DNA from: Octopus sinensis
Taxonomy: Eukaryota
Direction of reading: 5' to 3'
Length of the DNA stretch: 64,000 bases
NCBI RefSeq assembly: GCF_006345805.1
Contig: NC_043024.1
Coordinates: 16,864,001-16,928,000, forward strand
Part shown: positions 63,530-64,000 of the stretch, one piece after another
How the letters are laid out: the number at the start of each line of letters is the position of its first letter
How positions within the stretch are numbered: the stretch's first letter is position 1
Notes under the pieces: generated by a model
What the model saw: only the letters and a program-made list of their open reading frames with translations
What the model was told of the DNA's origin: nothing
The model's database searches: none
Program-made: the position numbers and the translations under genes

Positions 63530-63870
63530 TTACCATCATTGTTTAGCATCCATTGTCCATGCTGGCATGGGTTTGACCAGGGCTGATAAGCTGAGGGGCT
63601 GCACCAGACTCTAGCCTGATTTGGCATGGTTTCTATTGCTGAATGCCCTTCCTAATGCCAACCACTCTGAGAGTGTAATGGGTGCTTTTACATGCTTGTT
63701 TGCATGATACCAGTGTTTGCCAGGACTAAGGTTTCACTTGGCTTGATGGATCTTCTTCTCAAGTACAGCATATTGCCAAACATCTTGATCATTTGTCGTT
63801 GCCTCTATGAGGCCTAGGACTTGAAAGGTGCTTTTTATGTGCCATGAGCATGTATGCTAGTTATGCAACA
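63530..63870 (-). mobile_element. RTE-LINE 3' end
   Basis: Reverse match to the tail family. Confidence 0.8.
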
Positions 63871-64000
63871 CCGGCATCGGCCACATTACATCCATGCAAT
63901 TATATGTATATGTGTGTGTGTGTATGTGTGTAAGCTGTCTAAGAGTTCATAAGTCCAGAAAAAATGCACTTGTACATCTTTCAGTAAAGTGGGTATATTA

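Overview
Eukaryotic, AT-rich, microsatellite-dense genomic DNA. The SINE/LINE repertoire is typical of Octopus (coleoid cephalopod); this is an inference from recognised repeat families, not a search. Most ORFs in the supplied track are microsatellite or satellite artefacts. The window is dominated by mobile DNA: several tRNA-derived SINE families, RTE-clade and restriction-like-endonuclease (R4/NeSL-type) LINE fragments, piggyBac-, pogo- and hAT-like MITEs, and Helitron-like elements. It also holds a ~5.5 kb array of ~363-bp satellite units (3021-8522). By manual splice-site and phase analysis I find an unidentified multi-exon gene on the minus strand (three phase-compatible exons, ~149 codons with no stop). 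A weaker plus-strand exon chain may start from the same CpG-rich region near 35 kb. The most notable signal is a set of fold-back (palindromic) elements carrying minimal hammerhead-ribozyme motifs of the Penelope-like-element type, from at least four sequence families. Per-copy 1-bp indels in the satellite suggest an imperfectly polished long-read assembly, so reading frames and homopolymer lengths are uncertain. No tRNA, rRNA or CRISPR features were recognised.
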